DNA of 64,000 nucleotides from an uncultured Acidobacteriota bacterium (GCA_963717945.1 CAVQXT010000003.1:1342622-1406621), one strand, 5' to 3'. Positions 1 through 8,909 are shown, numbered from the stretch's first letter. A program made the numbers and translations. Notes: generated from the sequence alone by a model not told the origin.

Positions 1-240
1 GGCCGTGTATTCAGGGTAGGAGAAGCTCTCGTAGAGCCGTCCCTGGGTCGGGCTCTTGGCGAAGGCCCTGACGATGTCCGCGGGGGCCTTTACCGGGAGC
101 GGCTTCCACAGCAGCGTGTCGAAGATACCGAAGAGGGCGGCGTTTGCCCCGATCCCGAGGCCGAGGCAGATGACGGCGGCAAGCGTGAAGCCCGGGCTTC
201 CCCCCAGGGAGCGCAGGGCGTAGCGGAAGTGCTGGACCAT
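1..240 (-). CDS. ADOP/MacB-like FtsX-family ABC permease, N-terminal fragment (gene continues off the left edge)
   Basis: The reverse complement of 240..1 reads MVQHFRYALRSLGGSPGFTLAAVICLGLGIGANAALFGIFDTLLWKPLPVKAPADIVRAF. The RYALRSL..SPGFT...LGIGAN motif followed by a first TM helix is typical of acidobacterial duplicated orphan permeases. It is not in the ORF track because it is truncated. Confidence 0.6.
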   Translation of the reverse strand, partial: MVQHFRYALRSLGGSPGFTLAAVICLGLGIGANAALFGIFDTLLWKPLPVKAPADIVRAFAKSPTQGRLYESFSYPEYTA

Positions 241-370
241 CGCGGCCTCGTGCCCGTGCTACCGAGGAGGACGCAATTCCAGGTTGATTTGTTCCCGCGG
301 GGCCGCGCCTCGCGCGTCGCCCCGCGGGCCGGCCCTCGGCCTGACACGGCCGGGGACCGGACACCGGCGA

Positions 371-415
371 GAGCCGAAAAGCCTAGAGCCGAAAGCCTAG
401 AGCCGAGGGCCTAGG
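371..415. repeat. Heptamer-based tandem repeat (GAGCCGA/AAGCCTA alternating, 3 copies of a 14-bp unit)
   Basis: The sequence reads gagccgaAaagccta gagccgaaagccta gagccgagggccta gg. It overlaps the TAG stop (411-413) of the small minus-strand ORF. Confidence 0.8.
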
Positions 416-620
416 ACGTGCGGCGAGTGCGAGCCGAGGCCCAGGCCAGGGCGAGCATGATGAGGCCAAACCCGGCGAGCACGAGTCCCCACCACAGGTT
501 CACGTTGATGCCGAGCGACACCTGGTAGATCGCCGGGTCGCTCACGAGGCCGTAGACGGCCAGCAGCGCGCCGAGTGCCGCGAACAGCAACCCGATTGGA
601 ACGCGAAGATCCAGGGACAC
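411..620 (-). CDS. Small two-TM membrane protein, unknown function, downstream of the SSS symporter
   Basis: The 69-aa ORF has a GTG start, two hydrophobic helices (IGLLFAALGALLAVYGLV; LWWGLVLAGFGLIMLALAW) and a purine-rich GAGAGAGG upstream. It lies on the same strand as the symporter. Confidence 0.45.
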   Translation of the reverse strand: MSLDLRVPIGLLFAALGALLAVYGLVSDPAIYQVSLGINVNLWWGLVLAGFGLIMLALAWASARTRRTS

Positions 621-640
621 AGGACACCTCTCTCTGCCGG

Positions 641-661
641 CTTACGCCTCACGCCTCACGA
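641..661. repeat. Heptamer tandem repeat (CTYACGC x3), same unit family as 2554-2653 and 48252-48289
   Basis: The sequence reads cttacgc ctcacgc ctcacga. Confidence 0.6.
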
Positions 662-682
662 CCGCAGCACGGCGGCCCGCAT

Positions 683-781
683 GCCGCGCCGCAGGGATCT
701 GCGCGAGCCAGGCGTAAACCTGCCCCGATGGGCCGGCCAGCGAGGGGCCGCCTGGCGAGCGGCAGACCCGAGACGCGGCGT
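683..781. repeat. Intergenic repeat family C, copy A (split by an insertion of about 45 bp)
   Basis: gccgcgccgcagggatctgcgcgagccagg ... cggcagacccgagacgcggcgt is near-identical to 7657..7716. Confidence 0.65.
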
Positions 782-802
782 GCGGGGCAGGACATCCGGA
801 CA

Positions 803-2467
803 TCACCAGAAGTACAGGTTCAGTGCGAACGACGCCGCCAATACGATCACCCCGAGCACCAGCGGCCGTCGATACCACGCCAGTCCCACCGACGACGGCT
901 TCGGCGTGAGCGAGTAGACCAGGCCCACCAGGTCCTTCTCGTCGCGCGGCGTGGTCACGAAGCTGATGAGAATCGTCAGCACGAAACAGCCGGTCCACGC
1001 GACGATCGCGCCCCAGAAGTTCTGCGCCATGTCGCTCGGGTAGGTGTGAAGCCACCCGACCCGCCCCCCGGCCACGCCGGTCAAGCCGTAGTGCACGGCA
1101 GCCGCGCCGGTCCCGCCCATCAGCCCCCAGAACGCCCCGTTCGGCGTCGTCCGCTTCCAGAACATGCCCAGGAGGAAGGTGGCGAACAGCGGCGCGTTGA
1201 TGAACGAGAAGACGAGCTGCAGCAGATCCATGATGTTGTTGAACATCATGGCGATGTAGGCGGTGGCGATGCTGGCGATCGTGCCGAACACCGTCGCCAT
1301 CCGCCCCATCCACAAGTAGTGCGCGTCGTCGGCGCCAGGCTTGATGTAAGTCTGGTAGATGTCGTACGTCCAGACGGTGTTGAAGGCGGTGACGTTGCCG
1401 GCCATGCCGGACATGAAGCTCGCGAGGAGAGCCGCCAGCCCGAGGCCGAGCAGCCCCGAGGGATAGAGCCTCTGCAGGAGCACCGGCAGCGCCCGATTGT
1501 AATCGACCTTGCCGGCCGCGTCCGCCAGGCCCGCGTCGCCCACCAGCGCGAGGATGACCATCCCGGGCAGGATCACCAGGAACGGGAAAAGCATCTTCGG
1601 GAACGCCGCCACGAGCGGCGTCCGCTGGGCCGCGTTCATCGACTTGGCCGCCATCGCCCGCTGGACGACCAGGAAGTCGGTGCACCAGTAGCCGAAGGAG
1701 AGGACGAAGCCGAGGCCCATCACCATCCCGAACCACTCGACCCCCATCGGGTTGGCCGACGCGCTTCCGAGGTGCTGCCAGGAATGGGTGAGCACGCCCG
1801 GCTCGAATCCGCGCGCGACGCTCACCGCGGCCAGCTTCGCCTGGAGCCCCGGCCACCAGCCGACGGCCTTCAGGCCCAGGAGGGAGAGCGGCAGGAACCC
1901 GAACACGATCAGGAAGAACTGCAGAACCTCGTTGTAGATCGAGCTGGTCAGCCCGCCGAGGAACGTGTAGCCGAGGACGACGAGCGCCGCGATGAGGATG
2001 CTGGAGTTGATGTCCCAGCCGAGGAACTGGCGGAAGAGCAGCCCCATCGCGTACATGCTGATCCCGGATGAGAAGATCGTCATCACGGCGAACGACATGG
2101 CGTTGAAGCCGCGCGTCTTCTCGTCGAACCGCAGGCGGAGGTACTCGGGCACCGAGCGGGCGCGGCTGCCGTAGTAGAACGGCATCATGAAGACGCCGAC
2201 GAACACCATCGCCGGGATGGCGCCGACCCAGTAGAAGTGGCTGGTGAGGATGCCGTACTTGGCGCCGCTCGCCGCCATCCCGATCACTTCCTGCGCGCCG
2301 AGGTTGGCCGAGATGAACGCCAGGCCGGTGATCCAGGTCGCCAGGCTGCGGCCCGACGTCAGGAAGTCGAGGCTCGTGCGCATGTAGCGCTTGAGCGCCA
2401 CGCCGATGCCGAGGACGAACACGAAGTAGAGGCCGATGACCGCGTAGTCGATCGCGTGCAGGTGCAT
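803..2467 (-). CDS. Sodium:solute symporter (SSS family) transporter
   Basis: The ORF is polytopic. The sequence from the internal ATG at 2467 (MHLHAIDYAVIGLYFVFVLGIGVALKRYM...DFLTSGRSL..W..G...SANLGA) is typical of the SSS N-terminus. The upstream 30 codons of the track ORF look non-coding. Confidence 0.85.
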   Translation of the reverse strand: MHLHAIDYAVIGLYFVFVLGIGVALKRYMRTSLDFLTSGRSLATWITGLAFISANLGAQEVIGMAASGAKYGILTSHFYWVGAIPAMVFVGVFMMPFYYGSRARSVPEYLRLRFDEKTRGFNAMSFAVMTIFSSGISMYAMGLLFRQFLGWDINSSILIAALVVLGYTFLGGLTSSIYNEVLQFFLIVFGFLPLSLLGLKAVGWWPGLQAKLAAVSVARGFEPGVLTHSWQHLGSASANPMGVEWFGMVMGLGFVLSFGYWCTDFLVVQRAMAAKSMNAAQRTPLVAAFPKMLFPFLVILPGMVILALVGDAGLADAAGKVDYNRALPVLLQRLYPSGLLGLGLAALLASFMSGMAGNVTAFNTVWTYDIYQTYIKPGADDAHYLWMGRMATVFGTIASIATAYIAMMFNNIMDLLQLVFSFINAPLFATFLLGMFWKRTTPNGAFWGLMGGTGAAAVHYGLTGVAGGRVGWLHTYPSDMAQNFWGAIVAWTGCFVLTILISFVTTPRDEKDLVGLVYSLTPKPSSVGLAWYRRPLVLGVIVLAASFALNLYFW

Positions 2468-2553
2468 GCCGCGTCTCCGGAATCGGGCGTGTCCGCGAGG
2501 CGAACCGGTGCATTCTTGCATTAGGGAGGGAGCACGGCAATACTGAATCCGGC

Positions 2554-2653
2554 CCACGCCCTACGCCTTACGCCTTACGGCGGCGTCACGCGGGTCACGG
2601 CGCCTCGGGCCGTTGGCCGCAAGTCGTAAGGCGTGAGGCGTAAGGCGTAAGCC
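2554..2653. repeat. Inverted pair of heptamer arrays (ACGCCTT-type left arm, GCGTRAG-type right arm) in a divergent promoter region
   Basis: The left arm 2554-2580 (cacgccctacgccttacgccttacgg) is the reverse complement of the right arm 2625-2653 (cgtaaggcgtgaggcgtaaggcgtaagcc). The central spacer is about 45 bp. Confidence 0.85.
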
Positions 2654-2667
2654 GAAAGGAGACATTC

Positions 2668-3930
2668 ATGTCCGACCGGGAATCATTGCTAGACCGTTTC
2701 TGCCGTTACGCCCGCATCGACACGCAGTCGAGCGACACGTCCACTTCGTATCCTTCCACCGAGAAACAGAAGGACCTGCTGCGCGCGCTGGTCGACGACC
2801 TGAAGGCGGCCGGCCTCGCCGACGCCGAGATGGACGAGCACGGCTACGTGATGGCGACGCTGCCGTCGAACATCCCGCCGGGCCATCCTGCGTTCGGACA
2901 CGTGCCGACCATCGGCCTTCTGGGCCACGTCGACACGTATCACGAGGTCTCCGGCGCGAACGTCAAGCCGCAGGTGCACCGCAACTACGACGGCGGCGAC
3001 ATCGTCCTGCCGGGCGACCCGTCGATCGTCCTTCGGGCCGCCGAGGAGCCGGATCTGGTCGCCTGCAAAGGGATGACCATCATCACCGCCGACGGCACGA
3101 CGCTGCTCGGGGCGGACGACAAGGCCGGCGTGGCGGAAATTCTCGAGGCGGTCTGGCGGTTCCGGGAGGATCCCAAGCGGCTGCACGGCCCCATCCGGAT
3201 CGCGTTCACCCCGGACGAGGAGGTCGGGCGCGGCACCGAGCGGTTCGACGCCAAGAAGTTCGGCGCCGCCTTCGCCTACACGGTGGATGGGTCGGGCGTC
3301 GGCGAACTGGAAAGCGAGACGTTCTGCGCCGACAGCGCCACGCTCAAGGTCGGCGGCGCCGACGTGCACCCCGGATACGCCAAGGGCAAGATGACGAACG
3401 CCGTGCGCGTGCTCGCCGACGTCATCATGGCCCTGCCGCAGCACCGGACGCCGGAGACGACGGAAGCGCGGGAAGGCTACCTGCACCCGATCAACATCGG
3501 CGGCAACGTGTCGGAGGCCTCCGCGAACTTCATCGTCCGCGACTTCACCGAGGATGGGCTCCACGACCTCGAGGCGACGCTGAAAGCCGCCGCCGCGTGG
3601 GCTGGAAAGAAGTATCCGGGCGCGAAAGTGCAGGTCGAGACGAAGGAATCGTACCGGAACATGAAGTACATCCTCGACCAGCACCCGCAGGTGACCGACT
3701 ACGCCGAGGAGGCGATCCGCCGCGCGGGCCTGACGCCCAAGCGCACGTCGATCCGCGGCGGCACCGACGGCGCCCGCCTGACCTTCATGGGCACCCCGAC
3801 GCCCAACCTCTTCGACGGCAGCATGAACTTCCACGGCAAGAAGGAATGGGTGCCGCTCGAATGGATGGACGCTGCGGTCCAGACCCTCCTGCACCTCATG
3901 GACGTCTGGGTTGAACGAAATCGGAACTGA
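2668..3930 (+). CDS. pepT: Peptidase T (tripeptide aminopeptidase, M20B)
   Basis: The 420-aa ORF starts LLDRFCRYARIDTQS..S...PST.KQ, which is PepT-like, and carries M20 motifs (GHVDT, GADDKAG, FTPDEE). An AAAGGAG SD lies 7 nt upstream. Confidence 0.9.
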   Translation: MSDRESLLDRFCRYARIDTQSSDTSTSYPSTEKQKDLLRALVDDLKAAGLADAEMDEHGYVMATLPSNIPPGHPAFGHVPTIGLLGHVDTYHEVSGANVKPQVHRNYDGGDIVLPGDPSIVLRAAEEPDLVACKGMTIITADGTTLLGADDKAGVAEILEAVWRFREDPKRLHGPIRIAFTPDEEVGRGTERFDAKKFGAAFAYTVDGSGVGELESETFCADSATLKVGGADVHPGYAKGKMTNAVRVLADVIMALPQHRTPETTEAREGYLHPINIGGNVSEASANFIVRDFTEDGLHDLEATLKAAAAWAGKKYPGAKVQVETKESYRNMKYILDQHPQVTDYAEEAIRRAGLTPKRTSIRGGTDGARLTFMGTPTPNLFDGSMNFHGKKEWVPLEWMDAAVQTLLHLMDVWVERNRN

Positions 3931-4207
3931 CGCAGAGGGATCGGTTCTGACGATGAGGAATCGAATCTGACGATGAGGGATCGGAACTGACGCAGAGTGA
4001 TCGGTTCCGCTGCTCCGATTCCTCATTGAGGTACCGATTCCTCATTGAAGCGATCTCATGAGTACCGATTCCTCATTGAGGTACCGATTCCTCATTGAGG
4101 TACCGATTCCTCATTGAGGTACCGATTCCTCATTGAGGTACCGATTCCTCATTGAGGTGCCGATTCCTCATTGAGGTGCCGATTACTCATTGATGTACCG
4201 ATTACCT
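3918..4207. repeat. Dyad of 19-20-bp tandem repeats (about 5 units left arm, about 10 units right arm, opposite orientation), low GC
   Basis: The right arm has period 19: gattcctcattgaggtacc at 4017, 4067, 4086, 4105 and 4124. Variants sit at 4143, 4162 and 4181, with a 31-bp variant at 4036. The left arm (3918-4016) has units gatcggttctgacgatgag, gaatcgaatctgacgatgagg and gatcggaactgacgcagag, which share gaggaatcg with the reverse complement of the right-arm unit. Confidence 0.95.
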
Positions 4208-5281
4208 ATGTCGTTAGCACCCTACATGACCTGGGCCAAGCAGCACGCCCGGTCCCGCTACAACCTGGCAGGCAGTAACCTCCTGGCCTGCGAGCTCTCC
4301 GACCTGCCCGGGGCGCGCGAGGCGCTCGAGTTGCACGGCGACAACGACAACGGCTTTCCGCCGCTTATCGAGGCGATAGCCGCCACCTACGGTGTCGCGC
4401 CCGACATGGTGGTGACGGCCCAGGGCACCTCGGGCGCCAACTTCCTCGTGTTCGCCGCGCTCGTCAAGCCGGCGGACGAAGTGCTGGTGGAGCGGCCGGG
4501 ATACGACCCGCTGATGGGACCGCCGCTGCTGCTCGGTGCGCGCATCACCCGGTTCGACCGCCGGTTCGAGGACGGGTACCGGCTCGACCCCGCCGCCGTC
4601 CGCGCCGCGATGACCAATCGGACGCGGCTCATCGTCGTCACCAACGCGCACAACCCGACCGGTGTCGTGACCGCCGAGAGCGACCTCATCGAGGTCGGCC
4701 GGATCGCGGAACGGTACGGCGCGCGCGTGCTGGTCGATGAAGTGTACCTGGACACGGCGACGGACGGCCCGGTGCGACCCGCGGCCGCCCGCTCGCCGGT
4801 CTTCATCTCGACGAGCAGCCTGACCAAGAGCTACGGCCTCGCGGGCCTGCGCTGCGGCTGGGTGCTGGCCGCGCCCGACGTCGCCGAGGAGGTTCGGCGC
4901 GCCCGGGACATTGTGGACGGCACCGGCGCGTTCCCGGCCGAGCGGCTGTCGGTGCTCGCCTTCTCGCTGATCGACCGCCTCTCCGCGCGTGCCCGGCGGA
5001 TCCTGACGGCCAATGGAGCGGCCGTCAGGCAGTTCCTCGCCGGACGCCGGGACCTCGAGTGCGTGCCCCCTGGCGCAGGCTCGGTCGTCTTCCCGCGGCT
5101 GCGTGGGGTGGACGATGCCGGGCCGTTGGTCGGGATGCTGGCGCGTGAGTTCCAGACCGATGTCGTGCCCGGCCATTTCTTCCAGGCCCCGGCCCATTTC
5201 CGCCTCGGCTTCGGCGGCCGGTCGGAGGATCTCGCCGCGGGGCTCGCGCAGCTCGCCAGGGCGCTCGACGCGCGGGGCTGA
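4208..5281 (+). CDS. Class I/II PLP-dependent aminotransferase
   Basis: The motifs include NAHNPTG and SLTKSYGLAGLRCGW (the SxSK Lys for PLP). The start is uncertain (ATG 4208; alternatives ATG 4193 and TTG 4190) and there is no clear SD, because the repeat array abuts the start. Confidence 0.8.
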   Translation: MSLAPYMTWAKQHARSRYNLAGSNLLACELSDLPGAREALELHGDNDNGFPPLIEAIAATYGVAPDMVVTAQGTSGANFLVFAALVKPADEVLVERPGYDPLMGPPLLLGARITRFDRRFEDGYRLDPAAVRAAMTNRTRLIVVTNAHNPTGVVTAESDLIEVGRIAERYGARVLVDEVYLDTATDGPVRPAAARSPVFISTSSLTKSYGLAGLRCGWVLAAPDVAEEVRRARDIVDGTGAFPAERLSVLAFSLIDRLSARARRILTANGAAVRQFLAGRRDLECVPPGAGSVVFPRLRGVDDAGPLVGMLAREFQTDVVPGHFFQAPAHFRLGFGGRSEDLAAGLAQLARALDARG

Positions 5282-5358
5282 CCGGCAGGCTGGACATCAC
5301 TCCGGGAGTGATGTCCGCGACGACGAACTCCGCGGCTCCCCACTGCGTCTAAAGACCC

Positions 5359-7626
5359 ATGGCTCTCGTGCGTCTTCGGCTGGTTTCGCTCACTCTCGTC
5401 GCGGTCGGCGTGCTCGGCTGCCTGTCCGCCGCCGCCGATCAAACGCCGCCGTCGAAACCTCCCCTCACGGCACAGGCCTTCACCGTCAACAAGGCGACCT
5501 CGGCGATTGTGGTCGACGGCGTGCTGGACGAGCCGGCCTGGGCCGCGGCGACGATGATCCCCGTGGCGTTCGAGTACCAGCCGGGCGAGAACACGCCGCC
5601 GCCGGTCCGCACCGAGTGCCTCGTGACGTTCGACCGGGAGAACCTCTACGTCGCGTTCCGCGCCTTCGATCCGCACCCGTCGGAGATCAGGGCCCACCTG
5701 ATGGACCGCGACGCGATCGACACGTTCATCCAGGACGACCACGTCACTGTCCTGGTGGACACCTTCAACGACGAGCGCCGCGGGTACCAGTTCCGCGTGA
5801 ACCCGCTCGGCGTGCAGGCCGACGCCGTCAACAGCGAGGTGGACCAGGTCGAGGACTGGTCGTGGGACGCGATCTGGAACTCCGCGGGCCGCGTGACCGC
5901 GGACGGCTTCGTCGTGGAGATCGCCATCCCGTTCCGCGAGCTGCGGTTCCCGGGCGGGTCGAACGCGCTGACCTTCGGGTTGTCGGTCGAGCGGTCCTAC
6001 CCGCGCAGCGAGCGGCACCGCATCGCCTCCCATCCCACCGACCGGAACCGCAGCTGCATGTTCTGCCAGTTCAACAAGGTGACCGGCTTCCGCGACCTCG
6101 CCTCCGGGCGCAACGTCGAGATCGACCCGACGGTGACCGGGCACCGAACCGATCGGCGCGAGCCCGCGCCGGACGGGGCCATGGCGAACGGAAAGGCGAT
6201 GGGCGACGTCGGCGTGACCGCTCGATGGCGCATGGCCGCCGGCACCACGGTCACGGGCACCGTGAACCCCGACTTCTCGCAGATCGAGGCCGACGTCGCA
6301 CAGCTCGACGTCAACACGCGCTTCGCCTTGTTCTATCCCGAGAAGCGGCCGTTCTTCCTCGAGGGGCTCGATCTCTTCTCCACGCCCGAGCAGGCCGTGT
6401 TCACGCGGACCGTGGCCGACCCGTCCGGAGGCCTGAAGGCGGTCGGCAAGCAGGGGAGAAACTCGTTCGGGGTGTTCGTGACCCGCGACCGCATCAACAA
6501 CCTGATCATCCCGTCGAACCAGGAGTCGGAGTACGCCTCCGAGGACCAGGGCGTCACCGGCGTGGTCGCGCGCTACCGGCGCGACGTCGGAAGTCGATCG
6601 ACGTTCGGTGTGCTCTACACCGGGCGGGAGGGCGCGCCCTACTTCAACCGGGTCTTCGGCCCCGACGCCCAGATCCGGCTCGGGCGGTCGGAGATGTTCA
6701 GCGTCCAGCTCCTGCACACCGAGACGCAGTACTCGCCCGGCGTCGCCGCGCGTTTCGGCCAGAGCTCGACCGCCTTCGGCGGCAACGCGGTGCGGCTCAA
6801 CTACGACCACATGGCGCGGTCGTGGTACTGGGGCGCGGGCTACGTGGACCGCGATGGCGGGTTCCGCGCCGACAGCGGGTTCGTGCCCCGCGTGGATCTC
6901 CGCCAGGGCAACGGCTACCTGCAGTACCGATTCTGGGGCAAGGCCGACTCGTGGTTCAGCACGTTCGACGTCGGGGTGAGCGCCTCGCGCGCGGCCGATC
7001 ATGCCGGGACGCTGACCAACCAGTCGATCTCGGCCGCCGCCGCCTACCAGGGTCCTCTCCAGTCACAGTTGCAGGTCACGGTCGAGCGGGACAGGGAGCT
7101 GTTCGCCGGGACGATGTACGACGAGACGGTCGTCACGACCCAGGCCGTGCTGAAGCCGTCCGGGGCCTTCGCGCTCCAGTTCAGCTCGACGATGGGGGAC
7201 GGCGTCGATTACGCGAACCACCAGCCGGCCACCGTGATCCGTGTCGGGCCCTCTGTGGAGTGGAAGGCCGGCGCCCGGCTGAACCTGCTGCTCACCCACT
7301 CGCTCGAGCGGCTGACGGTCCCGTCAGGGTGGCTTTACACTGCCAACCTCTCGCAGTTCCACGCCGTCTACCATTTCAACCGGCGCACGTTCCTGCGGGC
7401 CATCCTGCAGTACACCGACATCGCGCGCGACCCGGCGCGCTATCTCGAGCCGCCCGACGCACACAGCACCAGGTTGTTCGCGCAGTATCTCTTCTCGTAC
7501 AAGCTGAATCCGCAGACGGTCCTGCTCGTCGGGTACTCCGACAACTACAACGGGGCCGCCGGCGCGCCGCTCGCCCAGCAGGACCGGACGGTCTTCGTGA
7601 AGATGGGCTACGCGTGGCTCCTCTGA
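5359..7626 (+). CDS. Secreted CBM9/DOMON-like domain plus beta-barrel outer-membrane protein (DUF5916-like)
   Basis: It has a signal peptide and the N-terminal motif VVDGVLDEPAW...ENLYVAFRAF typical of CBM9-like modules. A long alternating beta-strand C-terminal region ends in GYAWLL. Confidence 0.6.
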   Translation: MALVRLRLVSLTLVAVGVLGCLSAAADQTPPSKPPLTAQAFTVNKATSAIVVDGVLDEPAWAAATMIPVAFEYQPGENTPPPVRTECLVTFDRENLYVAFRAFDPHPSEIRAHLMDRDAIDTFIQDDHVTVLVDTFNDERRGYQFRVNPLGVQADAVNSEVDQVEDWSWDAIWNSAGRVTADGFVVEIAIPFRELRFPGGSNALTFGLSVERSYPRSERHRIASHPTDRNRSCMFCQFNKVTGFRDLASGRNVEIDPTVTGHRTDRREPAPDGAMANGKAMGDVGVTARWRMAAGTTVTGTVNPDFSQIEADVAQLDVNTRFALFYPEKRPFFLEGLDLFSTPEQAVFTRTVADPSGGLKAVGKQGRNSFGVFVTRDRINNLIIPSNQESEYASEDQGVTGVVARYRRDVGSRSTFGVLYTGREGAPYFNRVFGPDAQIRLGRSEMFSVQLLHTETQYSPGVAARFGQSSTAFGGNAVRLNYDHMARSWYWGAGYVDRDGGFRADSGFVPRVDLRQGNGYLQYRFWGKADSWFSTFDVGVSASRAADHAGTLTNQSISAAAAYQGPLQSQLQVTVERDRELFAGTMYDETVVTTQAVLKPSGAFALQFSSTMGDGVDYANHQPATVIRVGPSVEWKAGARLNLLLTHSLERLTVPSGWLYTANLSQFHAVYHFNRRTFLRAILQYTDIARDPARYLEPPDAHSTRLFAQYLFSYKLNPQTVLLVGYSDNYNGAAGAPLAQQDRTVFVKMGYAWLL

Positions 7627-7656
7627 CGGCTCGGGGCTACGGCACGGCCGCCCCAA

Positions 7657-7716
7657 GCCGCGCCGCAGGGATCTGCCCGAGCCGGGTCGAGGGACGGCAG
7701 ACCCGAGACGCGGCGT
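7657..7716. repeat. Intergenic repeat family C, copy B
   Basis: gccgcgccgcagggatctgcccgagccggg..cggcagacccgagacgcggcgt matches 683..781. It lies in a convergent intergenic region. Confidence 0.65.
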
Positions 7717-7723
7717 TCTGGGC

Positions 7724-8909
7724 CTACTTCGCCGAAAACGCGTAAACGGTCGTCGACCGATAAGCCTTGCCCGGCTCGAGGATCGTGGACGGGAAGTCCG
7801 GGTGATTCACCGAGTCGGGGTAGTGCTGCGTCTCGAGGCAGAACGCGGAGTGCTTCTGGTAGGGCACGCCGCGCCGGTTCTTGATCGTCCCATCCAGGAA
7901 GTTCCCGGTGTACAGCTGAATTGCCGGCTCCGTCGTCCGCACTTCCATCGTGCGGCCCGACCTCGGCTCGACCACCCGCGCCGCCACGCGCAGCGGCTGG
8001 CCGGCCAGCGCGGGGCGCAGGACGTAGTTGTGGTCGTAGCCGACGGGCGGCGCAATCGGGACCTTCTCGATGCGCGCGCCCAGCGGTGTCGGCTGGTTGA
8101 AGTCCATCGCGGTGCCCTTGACGGGCACGATCCTTCCGGTCGGGATGAGCAGTGTCGTCGGTCGGGGTGAAGCTGTCGGCGGCGATCATCATGATCTGGT
8201 CGAGGATGAGGCCGTTGCCCTCGCCCGCGAGATTGAAGTAGCTGTGGTTGGTGAGGTTGATCGGCGTCGGCTTGTCGGTCGTCGCCGTGTAGTCCAGGCG
8301 CAGTTCGTTCGTGTCGGTGAGCGTGTAGACCACCGTCACGTCGAGCGTCCCCGGGTACCCCTCGTCGCCGTCCGGGCTGCGATGGGTGAATGTCACCGCC
8401 TCTCCGTCCTTCACCCGGAGCACGTCCGCCTTCCACACGACCTTGTCGAAGCCGACGTTGCCACCGTGCAGGTGGTGCGGCCCGTTGTTGGTGGCGAGGT
8501 GATAAGTCCTGCCGTTCAGTGTGAACGTGCCTTTGGCGATCCGGTTGCCGACGCGGCCGATCGTCGCGCCGAAGTACGGCGTGCCGGCGAGATACGGCTC
8601 CAGCGTGTCGAACCCCAGCACGACGTTGGCCGGCCTTCCGGCCTTGTCGGGGACGATGAGCTCGGTGAGCGTGGCGCCGTAAGTCATGATCTTCGCCGTC
8701 ATGCCGTGGCGGTTGGTGAGGGTGTAGATCTCCACGGGTGTCCCGTCCTTTGTCTTGCCGAATGCGGCCTGCGAAACCGGCTTCGCGCCCGCCGGAGAAG
8801 CGGCCTGGCCGGTGGCGAGCGCCGGCGACACGACGACCGCCGCGGCGACCGCCAGCACGATGAGGACCGAGCGATGCTGTTTCACCCTTGTCTCCTTCCG
8901 CTCCTTCAT
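7724..8909 (-). pseudogene. galM: Aldose 1-epimerase (galactose mutarotase) with the reading frame broken near 8153
   Basis: The N-terminal 250 codons (signal peptide, then GATIGRVGNRIAKGTFTLNGRTYHLATNNGPHHLHGG) lie in one frame. The C-terminal part (LLIPTGRIVPVKGTAMDF...QHYPDS) lies in another frame. The junction is gac gac a ctg ctc atc, a 1-nt excess or 2-nt deficit. Confidence 0.7.

Noticed and set aside
3918-4207. I considered whether the regular 19-bp repeat array is a CRISPR array.
   Set aside because: The units abut directly with no unique spacers. The period equals the unit length (19 bp). The two arms are in opposite orientation, and no cas genes are present in the window.
4831-7745. 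I considered the long ORFs 4831-7002(-) and 5013-7745(+) overlapping the DUF5916-like gene.
   Set aside because: Their composition is Arg/Gly/Pro/Ala-biased with no recognisable motifs. They are alternative-frame shadows of 5359-7626(+), which has a signal peptide and domain signatures.
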